Shown here: positions 15,101 through 30,100 of the stretch, in pieces
How positions within the stretch are numbered: the first letter of the stretch is position 1
How the letters are laid out: each line of letters opens with the position of its first letter
NCBI RefSeq assembly: GCF_037042905.1
Contig: NC_087263.1
Coordinates: 8,186,001 to 8,250,000, forward strand
Reading direction: 5' to 3'
DNA: 64,000 nt
DNA from: Lytechinus pictus
Taxonomy: Eukaryota
Program-made: the position numbers and the translations under genes
Notes under the pieces: model-generated
Database searches by the model: none
Seen by the model: only the letters and a program-made list of their open reading frames with translations
Told to the model about the DNA's origin: nothing

Positions 15101-18100
15101 AAAATTGGCAGTGCCCGAAATGTATTCTCCAAAGTGTATTACCTTTTTGGAATGATCCTGATCTATCTACTGAAGTCGTGTATAACTGTAATAATATTTC
15201 TGTCGACGCACATGATGATATGTCAACCGAAACTAATGATTTTGCTCTAAAAGATATTAAAGGTATAAAATTAGCTCATCTTAATGTCAGAAGCATTGTT
15301 AATAAAGTTGCTGATTTACAATGTTGGCTGAATAATAACCCTTATGATCTACTAGGAGTGTCAGAAACATGGTTAACAAAAGAACATTCTGATAGCTTGA
15401 TTTCTGTTAAAGGTTATAAGTTTGAGAGGAAGGATAGATGTACTCATGGAGGTGGAGTGGGATGTTTTATATCAGAAAATTTATCGTATATAAGGAGATT
15501 GGATCTTGAATCTGTTGCCTTAGAAATAATTTGGTTGGAGTTGCAACGTAGCAATAGTAGCTCATTATTTATTGGTATACTGTATAGAAAACCGGATAAT
15601 CATTTAGATTTTTTTGACAGTCTTGAAAGTAATCTTGAGAAATTGTATACAGTTACAAACAACGTCATCCTTCTTGGTGATTTTAACTGTAATATGCAAA
15701 CCATAAATAATCTTTCTAGAAAAGTTTCCAGTCTCCTTACTACAATGCAAATGACACAGGTTATATCTGAACCCACTAGAATTTCACCACATAGCCAGTC
15801 AGTAATCGATTTGGTATGTATTTCTGATGCACTTGTTGACAATATTATTAAGTCAGGAGTGCAGTCAGCTGGACTTAGTGATCACTCTGTGATTTTTACT
15901 GCAATTAAAGGGAAACATCAATCCCTTTCTCCGAAAATAACTAAATGTCGTTCATTCAAGTACTTTGACAGTTAGAAATTTAAAGATGATGTAAGGAAAG
16001 TTGATTGGCATGAGTTTTATTCCTGTGGGACTGACGTTGAAAAATTGTGGCACTACTTTAAAAACACACTCCTGGACATTTGTGACAGGCATGCCCCCGT
16101 GATATCAGTGCGGCAAAAACAAAGAGGGGTACCTTGGATAAATGATGATTTTTTGGTGTTAGCACGCGAAAGGGATTATTATCGAAAGCAATTTAGAAAA
16201 ACAAGATTAATTAATTGGTGGAATAAATTTCAGTTTTCCCGTAACAGAGCTAATAACTTGATTAAAAATTTGAAAAAGAAGTATTATCAGGACAAATTTA
16301 AGGACTGCGAAAATGACATAAAAAAGAACTGGAACATTTTATCGAAGCTTATACCTAAGAAAAATAAAACCACGAGTCATGATGTTAAATTAACAATTGA
16401 TAATGATCAAATACCTAACAATGAAATAGCTCACGTTCTAAACAAAGCCTTTAATGAAGTCGGCTCAAGGTTGCAAGCCGCTTCGGGTAATTTCTCGAAA
16501 GATTTATTAAACAATTTACAAACTCTGTTTATTCCAGATTGTGAATTTAAATTGTATGCAATCAAAAAGGAGTATGTTTTGAAAGAACTATTACATATTG
16601 ATTGTTCGAAAGCGGTCGGAGTAGATGGCATTCACCCTAAGTTTCTTAAGCTGGCAGCAGAGAGTATAGCTGGCCCTTTAACCCATTTATTTAATGCAAC
16701 TTTACAAACAAGTGTTATTCCAGAAGATTTTAAAACAGCAAGAATTACTCCTGTACATAAGGGAGGATCATTTGATATTGACAATTATAGACCAATTTCT
16801 GTGCTTCCAGTCCTGTCCAAAATACTAGAGAGGGCAATACATGATCAATTGTATAAGTACTTAAATGTAAATGATCTACATGCTAATTGTCAGTCTGGCT
16901 TCAGACCGTCTTATTCTACTGCCACTTGTCTAACTGAGATTACAGACTTTTTGTATGATAAAATGGACCGAAAACATGTTACTGGTGGTATTTTCTTGGA
17001 CTTACGCAAAGCTTTTGATGTTATTCATCACAATTTTATACTTGCAAAACTTAAGTACTATGGTATTACTGGCAATGAATACAACTGGATGGAATCGTAT
17101 TTAACAGACAGAAGGCAATTTGTAATGATTAACAATTGTCGCAGTAAATTTTTAAAGATAAAATCAGGTGTCCCACAAGGATCTATACTGGGTCCATTGA
17201 TATTTTGTATTTTTATTAATGACATGTGTAATTTGAAATTGCATGTACATTCTAAAATGTCTCTTTATGCTGATGATACCGCCATTTTTAATCACGGTGA
17301 ATCAATTAAGGAGGTACAAAAGTATTTGCAAGATGATTTTGATTCAATAAGTAAATGGCTAGACTTAAATAATATGCATTTACACCCGCAAAAAACAAAA
17401 GCCATGGTATTTGGTCAAAAGAAAAAGTTGAGGGGTGCTCATTTGTCAGTGAAATTCAGGAACATACAATTAGAAAATGTAAAAAAGATTAAATACTTAG
17501 GTGTCATGCTCGATCCGGGCTTGACTTGGTGCGAACATATTACTAATATCGTTTGTAAAATATCTCGGGCAATAGGTTGTGTAAGGCGGATTAAGCACTT
17601 ACTGTCCTTTGATATTATGAAGAAGCTGTACTTTTCTATGGTTTTACCTTACATTGATTACTGTATTTCATCTTGGGGAAGCAGTGCAAAAATACATTTA
17701 GATAAGATACAAAAACTTCAAAATAAATATGCCAGAATGCTTTTGAAAAAAAGATTATAATACATCACAAATTTCTTTGTTGCAGTCACTGAAGTGGCAA
17801 TCAGTAGATCAGCGTATAAAATATCAGTATTGTGTTCTTGTATATAAAATAACGAATGATTTAGTTCCAAATTATTTAAAACCTTTAGTATGTAAACGGC
17901 CCGTGAAATACAGGACACGGTATTCTTTACGATGCCCCCTTCAGCTTCCCAAAGCTAGAATTGAACATAAAAGAAAATCTTTCGCATATGTCGGACCCAA
18001 ATTATTTAATGCACTTCCTTCAAATTTACAAGTTTGTACCTCCTTGTTAGTTTTTAAAAAATTATGCAAAGCCTTTCATACGAATTGATAAAGAGCGAAA

Positions 18101-21100
18101 TGATATTCCTTTGATTTACAATGCTATGTATGTTTAAATTGTCACTTACCACTCTATATTTTGGTGTTAATTGTTTCTGATGTTAGATATTTTGTATTTT
18201 GTATTTTTGATGTTGTTTGTTGTTGTTGTTCATAGTTATCTTGACATGTATTTTAAACTGCAGGGCGCCTTTGTAAAGCAGTTTTAAGAACTGAACAGGC
18301 CTACCCTGCAGTATAAAATAAATAAAACAAAATAAATAAATAAATATAAATAAAACACACTTCATGAGGTGAAAGAAGCATAATACCTGAATGGACTCAA
18401 TAGCAGTCAAGCAAAGAATTACCATTTGGTTTAACCCATCATTTCCATTGGTCTTTCTTTTGCCATTTTGTTACTTTGGATTCCGGAACCAAATTGATTT
18501 GAGGGACTACAGCCTTGTTCTCAAACCATTCTCTTGATTAATGACACGTGCTTTTAAAGATTATTCAAGCTAGCCCGTGTCAAAAATGTGTTTATTTTAC
18601 TGAGTTGAATTTGTGTAGTGCGCTAGTGAAGTTTGATAAGTTTCTTTTGGATCCCAGTTTACTTGTTTACTTTGGTCCTATGATCGTTACCGTTAGAAGG
18701 CTCTGAAGCAGTTCGTGATTGGAACTTTATATTTCACAGATATGCACAGTTGATAACAAAATCACTTAAATCGTAAAAAGCGATGTGCAGTTCTTGCTTA
18801 CCTTTGGTAATCTTATCTCCATCTGTTTTATTTGGGAAAATGTCTGCATATTTTAATATATAGGCAAATTTGTCATTGATTGTTAACCATTTAAAATTCC
18901 ATTTTCCAAAGTTTCTCCATAATATTACAGATATACGTGGCTCATAACGTGTTTAGATCGTGTATCTATCAATGTTATTGGTGTCCTTGCGTGCGTTCGA
19001 AAAAATTATATTTTATATCACAGAAATCGTCTGCTTCTAAACTTTGCTGCTCCAAATATGAAGCATGTTGACTAAAAGGCACATGCTGAAACAGGGTATC
19101 AGCCAACAAAACTAAGACCTGGGAAACCGATCCGTTTTTAAGTGATCAGATACGTCTTGGTCGTCATGGTAATTCCTATTGTCACAACACATGTATGTTC
19201 TTATTAAGATATACATAACCAGGTGACGGTGACTATCATTGGATCAAAGAAATGCTCGCATTAACCGTCCGTCTCTTCATAGGTCCATTGTGAAACATTT
19301 CTGTTTTTTTCGATCGCGACCATCACGAAAAGCGATATCGATAGCCCAAAAATATATATCAGAAACTTTTTTGTTACTGAATTTATCCACTGTATATGAA
19401 TATGTTATTACTATGACATTTTGTACGTTTATTTGTATGATGAATAATTATCTTTTGTGAACGGTGTTTTATTGATATTGATATTGTAGTATTTTGCAAT
19501 GTACCATTACTTTGATTTTAAACTGAATGATTTAATAAATATTATTACAAAAAACAATCATAGAGTCAGGCGGGTAAAGTCAATGCAACATTTTTTTTTT
19601 TTTTTTTTTTTAATCTTACCTAAGCAATAGGGAGTTTTCGCACAACGACGTAAGGACGATCAAAAAACAGAAAAATATGTTGTCACATGCCAGTCATGAC
19701 AAAGAAGAACCACGAAGTTATCGTCGAAAATTTGTGAATCAAAACGGCAGTTTTTGTCATTTGACTGGCATTTTCGATACATTTACTGTGTTCTTAAATC
19801 CTCCGTACTTCACGAAGAGAATACTACCTATTATTTGTATTCAGCTAACGATTTTGATGTTATCTCTATTCATTTTCAAAGTCTTTCTTGAACACTTATA
19901 CACTGAAAAGCTCGATTGGATATAACTACTGGATAGGCCTGAGTTACAAAGATAGTGACGGGAAATACACGTGGGTAAACAACACGCCATCAGGGTAAGT
20001 GTTTAAAAAATAATCCGTTCCCCATTACAAATACCAAAGGGAGGGGTGCAAAAACCGGTATAGGCCTATCGCAAATCCGTGTTGTTATTTTTTCCCTAAA
20101 AATTCACTTTGATAAATATTTCCGCGTATACTGGAACTTTTCGCTTGCTCTTATCAAGTGAAGGCTGTCAGAATTGTTCAATAAGAGTGCACATATTTTC
20201 TTTACTCACTGCGCTATTGTTTCATGAGGAGAAAAAATTATCCGTACATTATTTCGTTCCCACGAAATATTATTTCGTGGCCACGTAATATTATTTCGTG
20301 GCCACGCAATATTATTTCGTTCCCACGAAATACTATTTCGTGGCCACGCAATATTATTTCGTTCCCTCGAAATACTATTTCGTGGCCACGCAATATTATT
20401 TCGTTCCCACGCAATACTATTTCGTGGCCACGCAATATTATTTCGTTCCCACGAAATACTATTTCGTTCCCACGCAATATTATTTCGTTCCCACGCAATA
20501 TTATTTCGTTCCCACGCAATATTATTTCGTTCCCACGAAATATTATTTTGTTCCCACGAAATATTATTTCCCCTCTCTCCGATCTATACTATTTCGTGGC
20601 CACGCAATATTATTTTGTTCCCACGCAATATTATTTCGTGGCCACACAATATTATTTCGTTCCCACGAAATACTATTTCGTTCCCACGCAATATTATTTC
20701 GTTCCCACGAAATATTATTTTGTTCCCACGAAATATTATTTCCCCTCTCTCCGATCTATACTATTTCGTGGCCACGCAATATTATTTTGTTCCCACGCAA
20801 TATTATTTCGTGGCCACACAATATTATTTCGTTCCCACGAAATACTATTTCGTTCCCACGCAATATTATTTCGTTCCCACGCAATATTATTTCGAAACAG
20901 AACGAAATAATATTGCATGGGAACGAAATAATATTTCGTGGGAACGAAATAATATTGCGTGGCCACGAAATAGTATAGATGGGAGAGAGGGGAAATAATA
21001 TTTCGTGGGAACGAAATAATGTTTCGTGGGAACGAAATAATATTGCGTGGGAACGAAATCTTGTTTGAATGTCCGTCAATGTCCTGCACATTTTGATAAA

Positions 21101-24100
21101 TTTACCAAATTGTGTCGTAACATTTTTATGGCACATTATGGAACTTTTCAAAAATGTACAATTTACTAAAATGTACAACAAGCTAGCGGTCAAATAAATC
21201 GGACTATGGTTGTTCCCATAGTTAGGAATGGGCGCATAATCAACCGCTTTTCCTCCGCAAACAACAGAATTAGCACTTGGCTTTCTCCCTGCCCCTCCCG
21301 TCCTTTGTAGAATTTCTAGTCAAGCGGACCTCCTTAGTCGTAAGTATATTTGTTAATGAATGAATGCACCTATAAACATGATAAATATGTAATTATATCT
21401 ATTTTTTTTCTCAACTATACTTTTTTTGTTTACCTCTACAAAGGTATTGCAATCTAAGACCCGAGGGCGAGGAAGGAGGATGTGTTCGGCTGAGGACGGA
21501 TCACTCAGGACAATGGGATGGCAGCGGCTGCGCAGACATCCGTGTTCATATTTGCCAGCGTGATTCAGGTGATCTAACGTGAAAATGAATAGTCCACACA
21601 TTAGCACGGTGGTAAGGGGTTCTCCTCTATTTTTTGTTTAGTTCAAAATATTTTGTGAGTCTTTCAAAACCGTTCAGCGGTTTTAAAAGAATCACAAAAT
21701 ATGTTGAACTTGTGATCGTCTTCGCCAGCCAGGGGAATCGCCCCCCCCCCCCTCCCTAGTCTCCGGCGCACTGCCCGTGGACGAGAATATCAACTATAAC
21801 ATTTCCCTTGTAATTATATAATAATGAGTATCCTTGAGGGGAACATAAAATATATTGCCCGCAATAGAATTATATTAGCCCGAGTCTTTAGACAAGGGCA
21901 ATATGGTTCCTTTAAATATATTTGATGTTTCCCGAAAGAAGACCCAGTCAGAATTTTTATTACTATCCAAATCAGACATCGAGAGCAAAATCGTGAAAAT
22001 TTAGATTTTTTACCGTTTAAGAATTTGATTTTATTTTTTTCATGTTGAGGAAATTGTGCTTGTTAGCTTAGTCATTGTGACTTATTTGAAATGTCGCTGT
22101 ATCCATCAGATTGACATTATGACGTATATTGTGCTTCGCGGATCAACATGACACGTATCTCTGTCTCCGCTTCCTCAGATACCCGGATGTGAGACAAAGG
22201 TATAAAGGTATATTTTACATAGTCTTTGCATGCAAAGTCATACAGACCGATGAAAATACGAATAATATACCTATCTCTTCCGATATTCATAAAATCTTGG
22301 TCATTTACGGTTTCGTAAATGACCTGCTCAGGTGTCTGATACGGTAAAATGAACTTTTATGTATTTCATAGTTTGTATAATTGCTTGAATTTTAAGATAT
22401 CGAAATATTTTGCTTAGATGCATAATTTTTTTTTTCATTCTAATTCAATGGACAGGTTTCTCAGTTGAAATAAACATAAATTTTCATTTTGCAGATCCTC
22501 GTTGTTCTTGGAACCAGTACGGGCAATCATTTTATCGCTTCATGGGAGATGGGAGGAGTTTTGATTCAGCACAGACTGAATGCGCGAGCATCGGAGGAAG
22601 ATTGGCGATTATCAGATCAACAGAAATTAATGTGAGTCAGTGAATGTTATGATCGGGCATGATGACCAATATAATTTATGATTTTCTTGAAAATATTCGA
22701 AGCCTATTCACGTTTCCCTTTTAAATGAAATAATGTTGCGTTATGTGAAACTCAATTATTCATATACTCAACACCGTTTAATGAGAAGTCACATGTATTT
22801 CAATGAACTGCGTGAATGCCTTGTAGTTTTATTTGAGAACGGGACCCTAAAATGACAACAACAACAAATAAAGCAACTGGTGTTCTCACGTGATTCCTTT
22901 TCGTTTACCTGAGCAAAACATATTCTTAAAGGGATGCTCCGGGCTGAAAATAATTATTTCTCAATAAATAGAGTAAAATTTACAAAGCAAAATGCCGAAA
23001 TTTCATCGAAATCAGATGACAAATAACGAAGTTATTGAATTTTCAAGGTTTGCAATATTCCGGTCAAATATAGTTATAAGCATGTCTTCATGAATATTCA
23101 TTAGGTGGGCTGATGATGTTACATCCCCACTTATTTCTTTTTCTTATGTTACTATATGGAATCATAATTGTTTCCTTTTGTCATATTGTGTAAATGATGT
23201 GTCTCCATTATCATGAAATAAGTTGCAGCAAGAAAGAAATAATGCACTTAATCAGTAATCAATCCAAGTGTTTTAGTTCTTGGTAGAAAATTTTTGAATA
23301 AACCTAATTTCATATGATAAAACACAAAAGAAAAAGTGGCGATATGACATCATCAGCCCATCTAATGAACAAACATGAAGGAATGCCAAGAACTGTTTCA
23401 CCGGAATAATGTTAATATTTAAAATTCGATAATGAAATAATGAAAATATATTACTTCCTACATCTCACATTATCTTTTTCCTGATTCTAGTTGGTAGTAT
23501 TCACAAATAGACACCCATGACTTAAAGTATCCACCAATTCAAAATACCTATCTCCCTGTTTCAGTTATTGTGTAATTATTATTTATGTTATCATCATTAT
23601 TCAAAAATCATTTAGTTTAAAGGCTATCTTTAGTTTCAGTAACACCCCCCCCCCTCCCAAACACACACACATCATGTCATTATTTTATTTCATTAGTACA
23701 TGTATATTAATGTTTATGCCCAAAAATGGTTGTGGTGTGAAGGATATTAACTAAGAGCGTTTTATTGGATATATTTTACTTTTTATTATAATTCACTTTG
23801 ATCAGGTACCTGGGATGGTATTCTGAGATCCATTTTATCTCAGATAATAAACAAATATATCAGGCTTTGAGGAAGTATAGTGGAATTATTTATCCGAGGT
23901 TGGTCTGGCAATTACTATTTTTCCCGAGGGGCGAAGCCCCGAGGAAAATATAGTAGTTTTGCCAGTCCAACCGAGGATTAATAATTCCCACTATGCTTTC
24001 GAATGAAACGCCTGGTATATTTGTTTTATATCCTACTTTTGATAATTTACAACCAAAATCTATGTGTTGAGCTTGCAAAGTCCGGTTACTTGAGTTGAAT

Positions 24101-27100
24101 TACCTACTTTTCTCCGAGCCACCGCGCTCAGCGGAACGCAGATTACATGCCTGCGCCGACGCATCGCTGGACTTGAATTGCCCGGGAGAGAGAGCGCGCT
24201 GGCCGGTGCGCCCGAGAGTTTAGCTAGATATCCAGTTTTGCGAAATAATGACGTCAGACCACGATATATCCAAAAATATATCGAGGTCTGACGTCACGCA
24301 ACATCATAGTTGAAATATATTAGGTCACATGATGCTACTTGAACCAATTACTATACAGGATTTACTATATGTAGGATATAAAATAAAATATTTTATCTCC
24401 GTTTAAATCAATATCCAATTAGAAATGCGCTTTTATAGCTCTCTCATGTCACTCAACCAATGCAAATCCATTCCGCCAGGAGGTGTTGCAAAGGGGTGAG
24501 ATTGCGTCAATTTATTGACTTCAAATACGCTTGCACTATACGCTTGCGCGTCTGTACAGAGATTTCTTTTAAACAAAATGACAATACTCTCAACTTTTTC
24601 GAAGTCTATATCGCATCTCTTCAAGCTTCATTTCAAAGACAATATTAGTCAAGAAAAGTCTTTTGGAATATTTCCTGATTGTACAGGAATAACGTTAAGG
24701 TGTTGTTCTCAATAAACATATCATTTTTCTTCCTTTTCATGTCAACATTTGGAGTTAATTCACCTAGAAATATTGACAAAATCAACGTCGCGGAGATAAA
24801 ATAGCCCCTACCCTCTTTTAAGTTTATTTTATTTTTTCTTCAAAGTAACTTGGGCGCAAGCATATCACCCGCGTTGCAATGGCCAGATACGCGATGTGTA
24901 TGTCTACGCAGCCACTGCTCTGTTGCGTATCATCATAGATACGCAAGATAAATTTTTAAGTTTTATCTGAGAGATAAAATGTCATCTCAGAATACCAATT
25001 TCATTTTAAGAGATAAAATAAAATATTTTAAAGATAAAATTACCTCAGAATACCGCCCCTGGTCAATATACATGTAGAATATCTGCAAGGGCGTAGGCAG
25101 GTTTGAGCATGAGGAGATGGAACTAAAGTGGCATGGTGGGTGTACTGGCATCTTGGGGAGGTGGAACTACAAAGTTTGGAAAATCAGCTGTTGAACGCAG
25201 AATAAGGGGTACAAATTTTGTTTTGCTTGCCACTGTCGGAACTCCTCTTCCTCAGCGGGAGGGTGCACGTGCACTCATTTCACCCCAGCCTACACCCTTT
25301 CTCTGCTATTTTTATCCTGTTTGTATAAATCACCTTCTCAAGCATGGAATGTGCTGAAAATTTCAGGATCTTATCTGTCAATAGTAAATAATATCAGTAT
25401 TAGTATACTGCTACTTATATACTTAGTATACAATGATAGTATCAGTATCAGTATGATAGTATCAGTATATCAGTATCAGTAAATAATAGCAATGCGACTA
25501 CTCTTTCAATTACTTGCGGTGTCCCCCAGGGTAGCCTACTAGGCCCACTTCTTTTTATTACTTACATCAATGATATTAAATATACATAAAATTTACTTTC
25601 ATTTATACTTTTTGCTGACGACTCCAATATTTTATTTTCCCATGATGATATTAACCAATTCGTTAGAATCGGAAACTTTGAACTAACAAATGTTACAGAT
25701 TGGATCAAGGCCAACAAACGTTCGCTTAATCACCAGAAGACAAACTACATGCTTTTCAGTAATAAAATCAATATTCTACCTGACAGTATTTTCTTTGATA
25801 ATTTCGTTCTTAATAATGTTTCCACTACGAGATTCTTGGGTGTCCTTATTGACGACAAATTATCTTGGAAGCCTCATATCCATAGTATATCTAAAACAAT
25901 TTCTAGAAACATTGGAATTATTAATAAACTCAAACATTTTCTCCCTTCCCGCACTTTGTTAACATTATATTACACCTTTATTCTATCATATATCAATTAT
26001 GGAATTATTGCCTCGGGATGTGCAATACAAACACAACTAAACAGACTTTTACTTCTCCAGAAAAAAAGCTCTAAGAATAATTTTACTGCTGCTTATATAC
26101 TTAGTATACAATGATAGTATCAGTATCAGTATGATAGTATCAGTATATCAGTATCAGTAAATAATAGCAATGCGACTACTCTTTCAATTACTTGCGGTGT
26201 CCCCCAGGGTAGCCTACTAGGCCCACTTCTTTTTATTACTTACATCAATGATATTAAATATACATAAAATTTACTTTCATTTATACTTTTTGCTGACGAC
26301 TCCAATATTTTATTTTCCCATGATGATATTAACCAATTCGTTAGAATCGGAAACTTTGAACTAACAAATGTTACAGATTGGATCAAGGCCAACAAACGTT
26401 CGCTTAATCACCAGAAGACAAACTACATGCTTTTCAGTAATAAAATCAATACTCTACCTGACAGTATTTTCTTTGATAATTTCGTTCTTAATAATGTTTC
26501 CACTACGAGATTCTTGGGTGTCCTTATTGACGACAAATTATCTTGGAAGCCTCATATCCATAGTATATCTAAAACAATTTCTAGAAACATTGGAATTATT
26601 AATAAACTCAAACATTTTCTCCCTTCCCGCACTTTGTTAACATTATATTACACCCTTATTCTATCATATATCAATTATGGAATTATTGCCTCGGGATGTG
26701 CAATACAAACACAACTAAACAGAATTTTACTTCTCCAGAAAAAAAGCTCTAAGAATAATTTTTCAAACACACTTTAGATCACATACTGATATCTTATTTT
26801 TGAAAATAACATTCTTAAAATAAGTGACATATATATTTTCGAACTTAGTCAATTTATGTTCAAATTAAGCAAGGACGATCTCCTCGCCATTTTCTCTAAT
26901 ATGTTCCGTAAAAATGCATCCGTACACTGCTACCCAACAAGGCAACGACAATATTATCATCTTCCTTTAACAAGAACTTTATTTGCAAAAAACTCATTTG
27001 TCTTCTCCGGGCCTGCCTACTGGAACTCTCTGCCTCAAGATTTCAAAGAATCCCCTAATGTAAATATTTTTAAACGCAAACTGAAAAATGTTAATTCTGC

Positions 27101-30100
27101 AATACTCGTTAAAAACAGGTCAAGCTGAATAACTAATTAAATTATACTCGACTTTTGTGTATATGCGTATTATATGCGCTCATATTATATACATAGTCAT
27201 GTATATTATTTGTTTTATTATTTTTTCTTCTTAAAATTACAATTAGCCAAAGTACCTGTTCCTGCTGCCCGCCTTCTTTCTTCTTTCCTTCTATTTAGTG
27301 TACTGCAATGCTCTTTCCCTCCTGTCCTCTCCCCTCACCTCTCCCCTCTTTTATAATATTTTCTCATATTATCCATCAGTTACGTTTATGTCAAGTGCAC
27401 AAAAATTGCTTGTATTTATTTTTAAACAAAATTATTAGTACGACCCAATATTTATTTGTCGTAATTTTGTAATGTAACTAAAATAGGGGCTTGCCTCTTG
27501 TACAAGCTTTGCTTTTTTCGGCAAGTACCTCCGTTTTACTTTCAATTACAAATGTCATTTGAGATAACTTTATTTACTGAATTGTGTTCCTTAAATCTAT
27601 GATTATGTTATATATATATATTATATTTTGTCTTGTAGTATTTTTGACCTTGTTATGTTATGTTTATCATATTATGTACAATTGTGAAACGGAAATAAAT
27701 AAATTAAATAGTTTTATAGTATTGTATTAGTAAAGTAAGCGTTCAAATGACCATTTCAACTGAAAATAAAATAGATGAGAAGATGATAACGCCTTGAAGG
27801 ATGATTTAATTTACAAAGATATAATTTACACCAATATGTATTTTTCTCTTGTTAATTATACTATATATTTTTTTATTTCTCAGACATTTCTAGAATCGTT
27901 TGTCACACCCGCTCTTTCATCTTCCTATTGTTATTGGTTTGGTTTAAATCGAAGCTCAGATAGTGAGCCATTTAGCTGGAATGATGGTATTAACTTGAGG
28001 TTGGTGTATTTCTTTTATTTTCCTACATTATTACAAAATCTTGACGTATTATTGGGGGGGGGGGGGATGGCATCACGTTGAATGCTGTGATAGGTAATTT
28101 CGCAAAATAATCACCAAAAAATGTGCCGTTCATTATTTAGATAAAATTGTTCCTTGTAATCTAGGATGAAAGTGTGGCATGCCATTGCGCATTGTTGGCA
28201 TTAAAGAAACTTATGGAACTGTATACTGTATGGATGAGAGCACAGTTAGTCTCAAAATGGAATTCTTTATACTTTCAAAGCACTGTAATGGCTTGAGATA
28301 ATGCATATTTTTCCTCTTTAAATAATTACGGAGGCAAAATTTCCCGGGGGAGGGGGGCCAGTCAGATATATTGCTGTACACACGCGTGGCCAAAAACAAA
28401 ACGCGTTTAAAGCGGCGTTTTTTCAGTTTTGGACGCGGTCCGCGCGTGGTCTCGTTAAAAAACAAGTCCACCCCAACACAAAATTGAAAATTTCATCGAA
28501 ATCGGATGTAAAATAAGAAAGTTATGGCATTTTAAAGTTTCGCTTAATTTCACAAAACAGTTATATGCACATCCTGGCTGGTATGCAAATGAGGAGACTA
28601 TGACGTCATCCACTCACTATTTCTTTTGTATTTTATTACATGAAATACGAAATATTCTAATTTTCTCCACATTGTCAATTGAGACAACGATTAATTGCTC
28701 GCTGAACATGTGGAATTAGCATTGTTTAATACTACAGTATATGGTTCAGTCAAGTTGGTCCTTAAATGTCAAATCTATACAAAAAAAATATTGTTTAATT
28801 CAAACAAAAACAAAAGTGAGTGATGAACATCATCGCCTGACTCACCCAGTTGTCCATATTACTGTTTTGTGAAAAATAAGCGAAACTTTAAAATGTCATA
28901 ACTTTCTTGTTTTACATCCGATTTTGATGAAATTTTCAGCACTATGCTATTTAGATTTTTCTCTTTTTATTTAAGTCATCATTTTCCTGGGGTGGACTTG
29001 ACCTTTAAGGGTATCAAAAACACCGATTTTCAAGAAAAAGGGTGGTTTTGAAAGACTGGTCAATGGTCAATCGCGGGGTCAGACGTATTTAGGGTATGTT
29101 TTACCCCCAAAGCTTTTTTTTAAGACTAGCCAAACGTGTTCAGTCAGACCGCAGGTCCCTATGCTAATGAGCAAAAAGGCCAGATTCATCCAAATCATCT
29201 CGTGGCTGAATCCTCCTTGCAAAATCTCGTGATTCGTGAGATTTTCTTTCTCTAAGAATTTACCTGTTTTAACCTCAAATTAAATGAAATATTATTACAC
29301 CATCAAATAGAGTAAAAGTTACTCTTTCATATTGGTCACTTATTTTGTATACAATATTTTGTTGAATAAGTAAATTTCTGGCCTGAAAATGTGCCTTAAA
29401 ACTGAATTTTCTTCCTCTGTTTTCTTTTGCAAATTGTGCAAAACTTTTTATTTTGAGCCTCAATGATATCTATATCACCATAAAGCTGAACTTCTGTACT
29501 TTCTCACAATGCCACTCTTGATATGCGGCACCTTTTAATCGGGTCAAGATCACACTTTTCCCACCAAGGTACAAGACGAGATTTCTGAAATTGTGTACTT
29601 GCAAGAAATCCAGAGTTCTGATTGGCTGGATAAGGTTCATAGAACAACAGGCGCGGGGTATTTGAAGAGATTACCACATGGGAAGTGTGACCTTCCCAGG
29701 AACCCAGGCACTGGAACCGTTGGAATTTGCCATTGTGTGGTCTTTTTGACCAATCAGAGAGCAGTATTCTTGTTTTCAAGCTGCTTTATGTACTTGGCAA
29801 ATGAAAAGTGTGATCTTGACCCGATTAAACCAATTCTTGTTTTGAAACCTATATCATTTCAAAGCATACATATTCAGCTTTATCATGATATAAAAATCAT
29901 TTGGGCTCAAACTAAAATAAAGTGTGAAAATAGCAGCTTTTGTCAGGTGAAAATATTTATTTTGTAGCATATTTTAGATCAAAATTTTAAACTATATTAC
30001 AAAATCTTTGAATAAATCCAAACACATGACCTGAAAGAATGATTCTTCTTCTTTACAATGGTACCAAATTCATGAAATTCGATGCACAAATAGAGCAGCA

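Larger units (their letters stand above)
13421..18355 (+). mobile_element. Full-length CR1-group non-LTR retrotransposon (Crack/Daphne/L2-like)
   Basis: 5' UTR, ORF1, spacer, ORF2 (PHD-APE-RT), 3' stem-loop cagggcgcc...ctaccctg and (TAAA)n tail. Confidence 0.93.
12735..18660. mobile_element. Old inverted-repeat element split by the LINE insertion
   Basis: ccaaaagaaacttattaaacttcacaagcgccctacacaaattccactcagt (~12745) is inverted at ~18598-18650. Boundaries approximate. Confidence 0.55.

Noticed and set aside
15973..15975. Programmed stop read-through in LINE ORF2
   Set aside because: A simple nonsense mutation is more parsimonious; the element also has a frameshift.
20224..21193. Long overlapping ORFs with PRNIISF/TQYYFV/RGNEIIL repeats
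   Set aside because: Artefact of a 21-bp minisatellite that is open in several frames on both strands; no splice context.
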